From assembly GCA_043228905.1 (NCBI GenBank), contig JBHGNT010000001.1, positions 9,300,001-9,364,000 on the forward strand: 64,000 nt of DNA, written 5' to 3'. The position numbers and the translations under genes were made by a program. A model generated the notes under the pieces. The model had not been told where the DNA came from. It worked only from the letters and a program-made list of their open reading frames with translations, and did no database searches. How positions within the stretch are numbered: position 1 is the stretch's first letter; each line of letters begins with the position of its first letter. Source of the DNA: Azolla caroliniana (lineage: Eukaryota > Plantae > Polypodiophyta). This document shows, piece by piece, positions 11,421-22,527 of this stretch.

Positions 11421-12992
11421 GTGGTTGAGCGAGTGGTCGAAAGAGTCGGTCGTTTCAACGGGGACAAAGTCCCATTCTACTTGGAAGCCTACAACGCGGA
11501 AATGGAGGAGCGAGACGCAGACGAGGCGTTGAGGCTGGAGTTCTTTTGTCGGGTCGTCGTCATCCGTATGCACTCGGAAGTGAAAGAGCTCTGGGAAGCT
11601 CATAGTTCGTGGGAGGCCTTCGAAGAGGCACTCCTACATGCATATGGAGGACGTCGGAAGAGCCGGGGACGACGCGGCTTCAACCAGTGGGTTGCATCGG
11701 TGAAGACCCACCGGGGCGCAACAAAGGCGTTCCGAGAGTTCGAGCGACGACTTGCTCAGCTCTCAGAGCGGGAACAAGGTTTGGTGGGGGCGGACAAAGT
11801 CCTATTGTTCGTTAAGTCGATCGATCGAGCGGGACAGGAGGCCATCGGGATTGAGCTCGAAGACGAGGACGGAGTGAATGGCCTTACCGAGGACTGGTCG
11901 AAGGTCGGAAGGATATGCCAACGGCTAGATCACGAGCAAGCCGAGAAGGTTAAGAGGAAGGCGTGCGACGACGTGCCATCACAACGGGAAGAGGTCGAAT
12001 GGCAAAGAGAGTCGGCAAGGCTCGGCTTCGGGGCCAGGATTGCGGAGGCGTACGCAACTCGCGAGGCAATGCTCGAGGAAGAGGAAAGATCGAGGCCGCA
12101 AGCCGACATCGAGGAAACGCGCTTGCCTCACGAGATGGCAGGAGATCGGTACGACGGTGCCACGGGAGAGGGTGCGGAACAAAACACCCTCTCGACTTGC
12201 GAAGATAGAACGGCCGAGGACGAGGCCGAAATACCGATCGCAGAATCGGAGCGTTGGGACCGGCGGTTTCGGGCACGTCAACCCGGAACTCTGGACATTG
12301 GAGAAGCAAGCCAAGGTGGGGCTTGCGCGATGGGTAAGGAGATGACCACCGACCATGAAGAGTTGGTGGCTACGAACAAGAATGTGAATCGAACGCCGAT
12401 TCTTCGCGTCTTCCCACACTTGCTCCCAAGACGATGGCAGTCGGGCCCGAGTGCCCACGTGAGTCCCAAGAGGAGGAAGACAGCGGTGAGAGACCGAGAA
12501 TCACCGGCGAGACGATACGGGGAAGGAACAGACAAGAGCCCTCAGAACCAATTCTGGAGAACTCGGCAATCGGGCCCTTACGCTCACGTGAGACCGAGGA
12601 GATGGATGATGGCGTCGAGGAGTCTTGGCACGATACCAATGGGAGGTGGCTCGCGAGATGGTCAACGAAGAGACCAAGAAACGACTAGACCGGGGACCGA
12701 ACCGCGCTACAATCCGATTCGGTTGGAGCGCGATCCGGTTGTGGATTGTTCGACCGAGGCCAGAATCGGCATGAAGGTGCCAATACGGGAGAGGGTGCGG
12801 AACGAGCCGCCCTCTTTTAAATGGGGAGAAAGACCGACCGGGAGAAGGTCGGGAATCAGAAGAAAGGTGATCAAGGGTTCGGAACGAGTCCGGCAAGGTC
12901 GACGTCAAAGCCGAAACTCCGGACATTCGAGAATCAAGCCCAAGCGGGGTTTGATCGATCATAGAGCGAATGTTATCGACCGGCACCACTAA
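11421..12992 (+). CDS. Retrotransposon gag-like ORF; N-terminal capsid-like region, low-complexity C-terminal half
   Basis: RFNGDKVPFYLEAYNAEM...SWEAFEEALLHAY...LTEDWSKV resembles a Ty3/gypsy gag and lies directly after the PBS. True start codon uncertain. Confidence 0.6.
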   Translation: MVERVVERVGRFNGDKVPFYLEAYNAEMEERDADEALRLEFFCRVVVIRMHSEVKELWEAHSSWEAFEEALLHAYGGRRKSRGRRGFNQWVASVKTHRGATKAFREFERRLAQLSEREQGLVGADKVLLFVKSIDRAGQEAIGIELEDEDGVNGLTEDWSKVGRICQRLDHEQAEKVKRKACDDVPSQREEVEWQRESARLGFGARIAEAYATREAMLEEEERSRPQADIEETRLPHEMAGDRYDGATGEGAEQNTLSTCEDRTAEDEAEIPIAESERWDRRFRARQPGTLDIGEASQGGACAMGKEMTTDHEELVATNKNVNRTPILRVFPHLLPRRWQSGPSAHVSPKRRKTAVRDRESPARRYGEGTDKSPQNQFWRTRQSGPYAHVRPRRWMMASRSLGTIPMGGGSRDGQRRDQETTRPGTEPRYNPIRLERDPVVDCSTEARIGMKVPIRERVRNEPPSFKWGERPTGRRSGIRRKVIKGSERVRQGRRQSRNSGHSRIKPKRGLIDHRANVIDRHH

Positions 12993-14965
12993 AAGGGTCG
13001 GTGGCCTTGGGTGAATCAGCGGGAGTCGTTACGAAATCGGTGTCCCCACATCTTGACCGGAGACTTCGGTAGTTCGGCCGGCGTGGCAACGTGAGACCGA
13101 AAGAGATGGAAGATGGAGGCGGGAGGCAGGAGCACAACGAGGAGAGCGGCGATGAGTTCGGGAGAAGTACAAAGGATGAAGAGAAGAACGAAGACTGGTC
13201 CTACGGAGATCCTCACACCGATCCGGCTGTCGGCCTGAGTGCCGGCATGAGTCCTATAGGAAAGGACAGTGGCGACAGGAGAACGGAACCCGACAATCTA
13301 GAGAATGACAGTCGGACCCGAACGAGAACCGGGCGGGGCATACTTCCAGATAACCGATCCGGAAGGGAGGAAGAGGCAGGCTTACAAAGAGGTCGGGAAC
13401 ACGGTACGACGGTACCACGGGAGAGGGTGTGGAGCGAGCCACCCTCTCGACTTACGGAGACATACGACCCAGGATAAGGGTCGGAAATACGACAAGCCCG
13501 AGAAGGATCCTCCACATTGGTTCTAGAAACTCTGGCAGTCGGCCTGAGAGCCGGCGTGAGACCTAGAGTGACGTACGGTGGCGGCGAGGGGATGAAGGCA
13601 ATGAAGGCAGAAGGGGAGGTGCCACGAAGATCCTCACATCGATCCGGCGGTCGGCCCGAGTACCGGTGTGAGTCCTATAGGAAGGGACGGTGGCGGTAGG
13701 TGAACGTGATCGGACGACGACGGTAGATGGTCGGTCTACGGAGATCCTCACACCGATCCGGCGGTCGGCCCGAGTGCTGGTGTGAGTCCTATAGGAGAGA
13801 TCGGTGGCGGCAGGCGAACATGACCAGCCGAAGAGGCCGACGTGGAGGTCAGGAAGACGGCAAGCGGTGCTGCAACGACCTTACACACACCGGTTCTAGA
13901 CACTCCGACAACTGGCAACGAGGTCCGGCGTGAAACCTAGAGGGAAGAACGGTGGCGGCGGCAAGGCGGGCAACCGAAGACCGAGACAACAAGTCCCACG
14001 GAGATCCTCACACCGATTCGGCGGACGGCCCGAGTGCCGGCGTGAGTCCTATAGGAAAGGATGGTGGCGGCAGGTGAACGTGATCGGATGACGAAAAGCA
14101 GAGCGAAAGAAGGTATGAGGCCGGCGAGGCAGCCACGAACCGAATACGGGCGCAACCGGCAGGGCTAGAAAGACAAAGATCGGATGCACTTGGTACACGA
14201 GTCAGTGACCCAACGAAACGGAGGCCCGAGAACGATCCTTCACACATGCTCGGAGACCCCGATTGTTCGGCCTACGTGGCAACGTGAGCCCAAGGGTAAT
14301 GGAAGGTGGCAGCAAGGGGACAAAGGCGGCGACAACAGAGTCACCGACCAACCAAGGCGTTACGAGAAAGAAGGAGGTTGTGCGGGCTAGGACACGGCAA
14401 GGGTGATCCTCCGGTGAGTTGCCGGGGACACCCAGTTAAGGAGCGGTGTGCCGAGCCGAAAAAGGGGCACACCCGAAAGCGGAACAGAAGACATGTGTGT
14501 GGCCATCGAGGGCCAAAGCAAGCAGGGGTATGGGATAGTGCTCGGTACAGACAGTTCTGGACAAGGAGGGCGGAAGACGGCACACGGCGGTGCCAGGAAC
14601 GAAAACACGTGTGCGCGTAGACGGGCTACGCGGGATGGAGACCGGAAACAAGATCGAGGTTCGAAGGAGTATCCTCCACACCCGCTTCGAAGATCTCGGC
14701 AGCTCAGAAGGAGTGGCAACGACTGGCATAGCGTACCAGATCCGAGACAACAAGTTGGTGGGGGCGAGGGGACGACGGCAAGCGAAAGGCTTCAACCCGG
14801 CGACAGTGGCGCAAGACGAAAGAGGGGCCAAGCAGGCTACTACGGGTATTCCTCAGACGCAGAGGACACCCACAGGCGAAGGGAACGCGGTGGTGTCGGG
14901 ACTTTGCACGCACCGACTCTGGAGGCTTCGGCATCCGGCCCGAGAGCCCGTGTGAGACCAAGTGT
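12430..14965 (+). repeat. Interspersed array of about 12 diverged 50-60 bp units within the LTR element
   Basis: Consensus GATCCTCACACCGATCCGGCGGTCGGCCCGAGTGCCGGCGTGAGTCCTATAGG. Best copies near 13208, 13629, 13743 and 14003; diverged copies near 12440, 12570, 13045, 13507, 13880, 14235, 14670 and 14910. Confidence 0.8.
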
Positions 14966-15892
14966 GACAGATAGTAGCGGCGACAAAGATGGCGACCAAG
15001 ACAGCGTGGCAACGTACTGAGGCCAAGCAGGCCGTTATAGGCGCTCCTCAAGCGGAGGACCCCGGACTTACGGCGGATAGCGGAGCGTGCATTCAGCCAA
15101 GTGAAGGGCCAACAACGGAGTACGCATGCTACGGGGTCGCGGCGAACGACCTATTGACGGGTCGAATGGGCCTACGGAGAGGCAAGCGCACGAGGCTGAG
15201 CCGGACCCAGGCGACTTGGATAGCGACAATGACCGGCTCGGAACGGATGCCGATCCGGAAGACGAAGGATAAGCGTGGGCCGGTCTTCTCCGACAAAGAG
15301 TCTATTTTGGCACATACCGGTGGATGCGCGGTTAGGTGGGGGCGGATGTCGTGGAGAAAACCGTCCCTAGGCGGAATCGGAGAATATCGGGAGAATCGGC
15401 AGTGTGCACCATGTGCACTTACCCTTGTTAAAATGTGTGAATAATAGGAGTCAAGTCGGGACAGAGAATTCCATGTGAGCAAGGATTTATCCCACATTGT
15501 AACGCATCCCTCTCCTTGTTCTATAAAAGGAAGGGAGCGCCCTTTGTGAAAGGGGTTGCCCATTTTTGAGTCATAAGGGTATACCATGTTGTGCTTTCTT
15601 TTCTAGGGTTAGCTACATTCTTTCTTTTCTTCTTCTTCTTCTTCTTTTTTTTCCCCTCTTCTCCTTCTCGAGGAGTCAGGTGGAGCTAAGGCGGCAAAGC
15701 TGTTAGGTTAACTTCTCTTCTTTTGTGTGTAGCCAGCTTGGGGTCGTGGTTGTATCTTTCCCCTTCGGAGGTTTGCTTCTACTCAGTCCTGTGCAAGACC
15801 CCGCTCAACGCGACAACCCGTGAGCTCCCCGACCAGCGGCTAGACAGCCGACTGCGGCTGTAACCTACCTTGATCCGGCTCAAAGCCAAGGT

Positions 15893-16397
15893 TGTATTAT
15901 TTCCCTTGTAATATACATATTTGCGTCTGTTTGTGCATATCTATTAGAGATCTAGGTACTAAAGTAAGCTTAAGATAAGGATAAACAAATGATAGATAGA
16001 AAGGAGAAAGAGAAAGAAGGTTGCTGATCCACCCGACCACCCCCGAGCGAAGGGATCGAGACAGACTCGAGCCTCGATCGGCGTCCCATACCACCGTCGT
16101 GGCGTCGAGTCGTACCTGGTGCTGGCGCGCTCGCTACAAGAGTTGACCCACCACAAGAGCAGAGTCTCGATGTAGTCCAAAGATGATCAAATGAGGGTAG
16201 CTAGGCCTCTTTTTTATAGCGATACTCAAGGCCCCCAGGCAAGTTCACACTTGGCCTAATGGGTTGTCTCAATCCCGAGGATTTAAAAGTAATCCTCCCC
16301 TTCTTTACACTCTCGTTTAACCCTCACACTTATCCACGTGTATAGAATACTACGGTAAATTCTCACCACGGGATATTAAATGTTCATGCCCGTAACA
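15893..16397 (-). mobile_element. LTR-like segment in opposite orientation inside the 3' LTR region
   Basis: On the minus strand it begins TGTTAC, contains CTATAAAAAAG and ends ...AATACA. No TSD recognised. Confidence 0.35.
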
Positions 16398-17809
16398 ATA
16401 TCGGTGTATTTGGTGAAGTCGGAAGCACAACCCTTGCTTCGTGTGCATAAGAGTCGGTGTCGCACGCACGCTCTCCTTCTCCTTTCTCTCTCTCTCTCTC
16501 GCGTTCGGGTGCCTCCGGAACGCGTCCGAAGTCGGTTTCTCGGCACCCCTCTCTCCCTAGTCTGAGACCCCCGTGGTCCCGCCCTTCTACACGCACGTGC
16601 ATAATAACGCGACAACGATAAAAAAAAATTAAAAATTGCAAAGAAAAAACACATTACCTTCTTAAATGCCTAGTCTTCAAAAAAATTCTCAATGAGGTGT
16701 TACATCAAAACGAGCATTCCTTGTCCTCTTCTTCCCAATATATGGGCCCTAATTCGATGAGGGCCACCAACAAAGACATGATTACAATATTTACATTTTA
16801 TCAAATGCGTTCCTTTTGCATTCTTTACTTGAATTAGAACATGTTCCCACTCCAAGCCTTTTTGTCTACCCATTAGTTCCTAAATTAATGTAAAACGTAA
16901 ATATCAAAATCTATTTATTGTAATTTTTGTGCGTATAAATTTTGTACTACATAGCTTAGTATGTGTGTATAGACATTACACGAATTACTTCAAAATGATA
17001 GAAATTATAGACAAATTAAAGCAATTACAAGCTTTGTAGAATAATTACAAAATTATAGAATAATTTCATTACAGAACTTTAAACCTTATTATTAACCCTA
17101 AATATACTTGAATCTCGTTGGTATGCAGATCGTTCGAGGCTAGGTGGGAGAGGAGAGGAGAGCATAACGTTACGTTGATGTGCAGAGGAAAAGGGGAAAA
17201 GGGGGGAAAAAGAGGGAAAAAACAAAAAAAACAAAAAAAAAACACACGAATATTTGAATATCATTTGTGTTTGTTTTCCAACGTAGGAAAACGAATGATA
17301 TGGCAGACGAACACGAATTTTACATCCTATGCTTGATCCTCTATAGAACTATATTCTCTAATTTGTCACCCGTTACTCTTCTTGGATTAATGCTACCTAA
17401 TCACTTTTTTTCCTCTTGTAATAAAAAAATTGTAAATATAATTCTTTACCTCTCTTTTATAGTCAAGATACACATTTTCCCTTTCCCCAAAGTAAGTTCT
17501 GCTCTACCCTCTCTTTCAGACACACATATGCATGAATCCAAACCGATCACTCTTTGCCAATTTGATCGATTCTAGCACTTCGTTTTGGTCTCTTTGGTTG
17601 CTTCAAAAGGCCAACTATAAGACACCTCACTTTTATTACATTTTGCAAATCTTACAAGTGAGCCAATGTAGGATTCAAAAACTTACGATGCTCATGTTAT
17701 AAAAAAGAATCTCTTCCCAAATGTGCTAGCAATCTATATATTGTTTATATACCCGACACGTCCTACTTGAAGTCAACATGACAAGAGTTATGTGTCAATA
17801 TTTCCTTCT

Positions 17810-17905
17810 ATTAATAATTAGAAGATTAACTAAGAGTTAATTAGTATCTAATTATGCGAGTATTTAATCACGTGTGTGATTATGTGATATGTGTGTGTGT
17901 GTCAG
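17810..17905 (+). repeat. Dispersed repeat, also at about 61373-61475
   Basis: TTAACTAAG.GTTAATTAGTATCTAATTATG..AGTA.TTAATCAC...TGTGATATGTGTGTG is present in both places. Confidence 0.7.
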
Positions 17906-18294
17906 AGAGAGAGAGAAAGAGATAGAGGAAGTTACACTTATGAACAATAAGATAAATGGGGGATGATTAACAAGAGCGTAGTTAGATAACCTTTCTCTAT
18001 ATTAATAAGCATCAAAATACAACGATACCTACAATGTGGTATATATACATCTAATGTGCAAGGGTACACATGAGTGAGGAGAATATAGGTACAAGGATGT
18101 AAGTCCTATATTCAATGACCTTGGTAGGGGAGGATCTAGAATGTATCCCACTCAAGTACAAAATCCTATTTTAAGGCTTTAAGATTAACACTTCTAACTA
18201 GATTCTAATTATGTTATTGGACATTATCATACTAGTTGAAATTACCTTTGTATGATAAGATGAATATCTTTTCAATTGTGTTTTACCCATACAA

Positions 18295-18352
18295 AAATAC
18301 TCCATTGGTATTAACATAAAAATGGCCCAAGGCAATATACAAAATAGTCCAC
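18295..18352 (+). repeat. Dispersed repeat, also at about 61135-61191
   Basis: ATACTCCATTG.TATTAA....AAAATGGCC.AAGGCAATATACAAAATAGTCCA is present in both places. Confidence 0.7.
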
Positions 18353-18699
18353 CATTACAAAGAAAATTGCAACATAATTAAGTAGAAAAGTATTGAATGC
18401 TCGTGTAGCTTCAGCAGTCTCAACAACATCGGGTTCAAAAAAAACCCTTCTTTTTACAAACTGAATATGGATTTTTGAGCTTTATCAAAGTAGTCTATGC
18501 CACCTATATTGCTCAGCAACTCTTCTATTATGATGTAATTTGATAGCGTCATATGTCACATAATGCCTGTCCCTGCAATTTGAATACAACTTTGCCGATG
18601 AGTTCCAATGTTTGTTGTCAAAAAAAGTATGTTGCTGCTGGCAACATGTAGAGCCTGGAACCAAGTGATAAAGATTTTCACAGTTTTCTTCCCCATCAT

Positions 18700-18833
18700 C
18701 TACAACAAAGAAAAGAGGAAAACACTCTCCAAATCTGAAAATTAATAAACACATAAACAATCTCCCTTTCACTCCCTAGAAATCCTTCATCCTCCATTAA
18801 AATCATCCATATCTTCCACAAATTTAGACGAAG

Positions 18834-18864
<31 letters not shown>

Positions 18865-19275
18865 TCTTCCCCTTTTCCATCTATAAGGACAGCTTCCCCA
18901 AGCAAACTTGTCCTTATAACATCAACCATGTCGACATCGGATATCACCCAAAGGATGTACCTATGACAACAAAATGATATGGTAACATCATCACCTCCAG
19001 AAACAATGCTTCCGCCTCCACACCATCTTCACTCAAGCTTATCACAAAAAATTCTTCATTCACTCCACATCAACCATCTCGCCGAATATTGCCAAGTTCC
19101 TGTATAAATAACAACAAAAGGAATCTAAACTATTTCCTTCTACCCTCATGATCTGCTTCGACCATCAGCCATCATAGTATGAAACTTAAAGTCTTCTTCA
19201 TTCCATCCACGTAACAAAGAAAAGAGGAAAACACTCTCCAAATCTGAAAAATTAATAACCAAATAAGCAACTTTC
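18700..19275 (+). repeat. About 510-bp tandem duplication; the second unit is split by the Copia insertion and resumes at 30101-30545
   Basis: 18702-18765 is similar to 19212-19275, and 18765-19200 is similar to 30104-30545. Confidence 0.85.
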
Positions 19276-19685
19276 TGTAAAAGAATATGTGTGCGTAAAC
19301 ACAAAGTACACAGTTCGGAAATAAGACAGTTCGGTAAACGCAGAAAACACAGAGATGGAGATGGAGATGGAGAGACACAGAGAGAGAGCTGACAACTCGG
19401 TTATATTTCAAAATAATGACGCTCTGTACATTCTTCGTGCTCAGTGAGCACCTTTTATACAAGCCCTGACTATCCGGCTGACATAAGTACTGACAGTACT
19501 TAACTGCTCATAAATGAGCCTACTACACTAACTCCCAAAATTATTCCTTACGAGGAATACCATACTAACGGCCTTTTGGTTTACACACCGATACGGCCAC
19601 GTTATGCGTACTGTTTTACGCACCCAATCTACGCAATGGGTTACGCACCGTATTACGCACTCAATGTTGAGCTTGTCACTCAACA
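19276..19685 (-). repeat. 3' LTR of the older Copia
   Basis: Direct repeat of 29682-30100; adjacent to the PPT. Confidence 0.92.
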
Positions 19686-20377
19686 CTCCTCCTCAAGCTC
19701 AACTTGAGGTTTCGTCTTCTCTTCCGGATGTACGCTCCAGTTCCTTCTTGCTTCACGCCTCGCTCGCGCTCCTCGACTCGTTCAATTTCGCGCGCTTTGA
19801 CCCTTCCAGTCGGCTTGTCTGCTCGTTCGGCCCTTCTCAGCTCCCTTGCTGTCACGGTGTTGGCACATCCTTCGTTGCCCCCTTTTTTTTCTTGGCCCTC
19901 AGTCGATTCGTAATAACCGAACCGAACATTTCGATTAAATCGGTCCCTTCCGATTCAATTCCACTTGCATCCGAATTGGTTGTCTCCAATTCGTCTTCAG
20001 TCTTTCGGCCTTTGACAATGTCAGACCAGGTCTTAGTCTTGGCCTTACCTCCCCCTAATTCGGCTGTCCTCGACTCTTCCCTACAATTACAACCCTTGCT
20101 CTCTTCTTCAGCTTCTTCAGCCGGTTTGAAATCGAATTCTTCGTCTGATTCCTCATCACGGTTACTTCCGTCGTGATGAACACCTCCGCTCCTTTCACGC
20201 TCTTGTTCCTGTTCTTCCTTTCTCCCCCTCAAGTTCAGCATGTCAAGGTGACGCAACCCTAGCTCACCTGAGAAAGCATGACATATTCTCAATTGGACCG
20301 TGAAGTCGAAACAAGGAGTGCGGACGGTAGGCAATCGGTGGGTGCAATATGTAAGACGTATAGTTATAGAGAAAAGG

Positions 20378-20480
20378 TTTAGGGTTTAGGAATTAGGAAT
20401 TAGGGTTTGAGTTTTGGTTTTGGTTTAGGTTTAGGGTTTAAGAATTAGGGTTTAGTGTTTGTTTCGGGCTTAGGGTTTAG
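20378..20480 (+). repeat. Degenerate TTTAGGG telomere-like tract inside an insertion in the Copia
   Basis: Several TTTAGGG, TTAGGG and TTTAGG units; a long (GA)n tract lies at 20609-20672. Confidence 0.6.
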
Positions 20481-20607
20481 AGGACAAAAGGGTTTACGAT
20501 TAAGTGCAAGAGGGGATAAAGTGAAAAGAAAACACCAAGAATAATTTGAGCACACCCAAATTATTTGACAAACTTGGTGTAAGTGAGGCATAATAAGAGA
20601 TAGAGGA

Positions 20608-20668
<61 letters not shown>

Positions 20669-20824
20669 AGAGACGAGGGATTAATCCCTTACATTAAAAC
20701 TAGAAATAAGTTAAAACATAACCATAAGCTAAATAGTCTAGATGAGAGAGAGGGAGAGGTTAAGAAGGAGACTAATTTTCATTAAGGAAAAGGAAAAATT
20801 ACAATACAATGAGTAATGGTCATG

Positions 20825-21525
20825 AGCAACCTGCTGATCCGTTGGAACATACGATAGTTTGACTTCACCTGAAAGGACCTGCTCGCGAACAAAATGGTAA
20901 TGCACCTCAATGTGCTTGGTCTGGGCGTGGAATACAGGGTTTTTCGCAAGGTGGATATTGTTGAGGTTGTCACAATAGATAATCGTCGGATCAGACACCT
21001 CTACATGCAGATCCTGTAATAGTCGTTTCAGCCAAATGACTTCGCACGTAGCAATAGTCACCCCTCGATATTCGGCCTCCATGCTCGACAGTGCCACTAT
21101 CGGCTGCTTTTTGCTGCTCCACGCGATCGCCGCACTTCCTAATGAGAAGGCGTATCCGGATGTGGATCTACGATCACTAGCGGTTCCGACCCAATCGGCA
21201 TTCATGTAGCCAACCAACTGTTTGGCTAGGCCTGCCCAATACAACAACGTCATGTCTTTCGTGCCGGTGACATATCGCAATATCCTTTGCACGTACTAAA
21301 AGTGTTCGGTCGTAAGCTACGACATAAATTGATTGATTAAGTTGATCGGGTAGGTGAGATCCGGCCGAGTAATCGTCAAATAGATGAGGCTTCCGACAAT
21401 TTGTCGAAACCATGTCGGGTCGCATGCCTTTCCTAAATCTCGGCGAAGCTTTACGTTTCTATCTAGAGTGGTCGAGATGGGCTTACAATTTGCCATCCCG
21501 AACTTGAAGAGCATATTTAGCACGT
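20825..21525 (-). pseudogene. Copia RT C-terminus and RNase H, disrupted
   Basis: GSLIYLTITRPD, RILRYV, DRRSTSGY, WSSKKQ, EAEYR, YCDN and NPVFHAQTKHIEVHYHF, with a stop codon between the two ORF pieces. Confidence 0.9.
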
Positions 21526-22142
21526 TGTCATGAAGATTTTCGGCAATAGTATGAAACTTGTGAGGAATATACAAAATCGAGTATGAATCATATAAAACAA
21601 TAATAGTGAAAATACTATTTTAAATAAGTTTAATATCTTAGTACAAAAAGATGGAGGTCTTCAAGAGCTTTCGAATGCACTTTACTACATAAGAAACAGA
21701 CATCTAAGTCTCAAGTTATGTGGGTAGGAAATTTGTAAAGGAAAAGAGAAAGATAAAACTATGAGTTATCCCACATAGACAAGACAAATAAGGATCTCTC
21801 CATATATAAGGCAGAGCAAAAGCTATTACCTTTGTATCTATGTGTGAAGCATAGACAGTTTAAGGTGACTTGAACTAAGCTAATTGGATGAGTGGGTGTG
21901 GCCAAGCTACTCGTAAAGGTGTGGCCAAGCTACTCGTAAAGGTTTTGGCCAACCAAAATCGATGGCAACCGGTGACGAACGGTGTTTTAAAAATATTTGG
22001 TCCAAAAGCGTAATAGTATTTTGTGCTTTAAAAAGGATGTAAACAAGACTTCAACCTTGCACTTCCAAGATAAGAGGCATTAAACTTACCACTAAGCTAT
22101 GTCATTTCCTTAGAAATATTTTTCCTATTATTTTACTTTTCA
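21526..22142 (+). mobile_element. AT-rich LTR-like insertion at a rearrangement junction
   Basis: Starts TGTCATG, ends CA, contains TCCCACAT followed by TATATAAG and a 21-bp tandem duplication (GGTGTGGCCAAGCTACTCGTAAA). No TSD. Confidence 0.4.
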
Positions 22143-22527
22143 TTCGGGTATAATGAATACATGGCGCAACATTACTCATACATGACACGAGTGGCGGAAG
22201 TGCGTGAGTTGGAGAGCTACGTAGAAGCGACGAAAGACGCGAACTGGCGTGCCGCGATGGAGGAAGAGATGCGCGCTTTGACTGATAATGAGATTTGGGA
22301 CCTAGTTGACGCATTGAAGGGTGTAAAGCTGATCGGATGTCGGTGGGTGTATAAAGTGAAATACAATACCGATGGCTCAATCAATCGATACAAGGCCCGC
22401 TTAGTGGCAAAAGGCTACACGCAGAAGCATGGCGTGGACTATGACAAGACCTTCGCGCTTGTCGCAAAGATGACTACCATGCGTGTTCTACTAGTCGTAG
22501 CTGCGACAAAGGGGTGGCACTTACATC
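22143..22527 (+). pseudogene. Inverted fragment of the Copia RT N-terminus
   Basis: WRAAMEEEM...CRWVYKVK...[11 protein letters not shown]...GWHLH lies on the plus strand, opposite to the rest of the host element. Confidence 0.9.

Larger units (their letters stand above)
11278..16614 (+). mobile_element. Non-autonomous or deleted Ty3/gypsy-like LTR retroelement: gag N-terminus, internal repeat array, no pol, 5' LTR largely missing
   Basis: LTR end TAATAACGCGACA (11278-11290), then a PBS and a gag-like ORF. PPT-like GGTTAGGTGGGGGCGGA (about 15329-15345) is followed by TGTCGTGG, an LTR start with CTATAAAAGG. The same TAATAACGCGACA end recurs at 16602-16614. GC content is high relative to the flanks. 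Confidence 0.7.

Noticed and set aside
12430-14965. CRISPR array
   Set aside because: Eukaryotic TE context, diverged units, irregular spacer lengths and no cas genes.
15490-15530. snRNA promoter (USE-like TCCCACATTG plus TATA); similar motifs at about 21770 and 52362
   Set aside because: No recognisable snRNA follows, and the motifs sit in LTR-like sequence.
11234-15587. Many overlapping ORFs on both strands
   Set aside because: Expected in GC-rich repetitive TE sequence; no domain motifs apart from the gag-like region.
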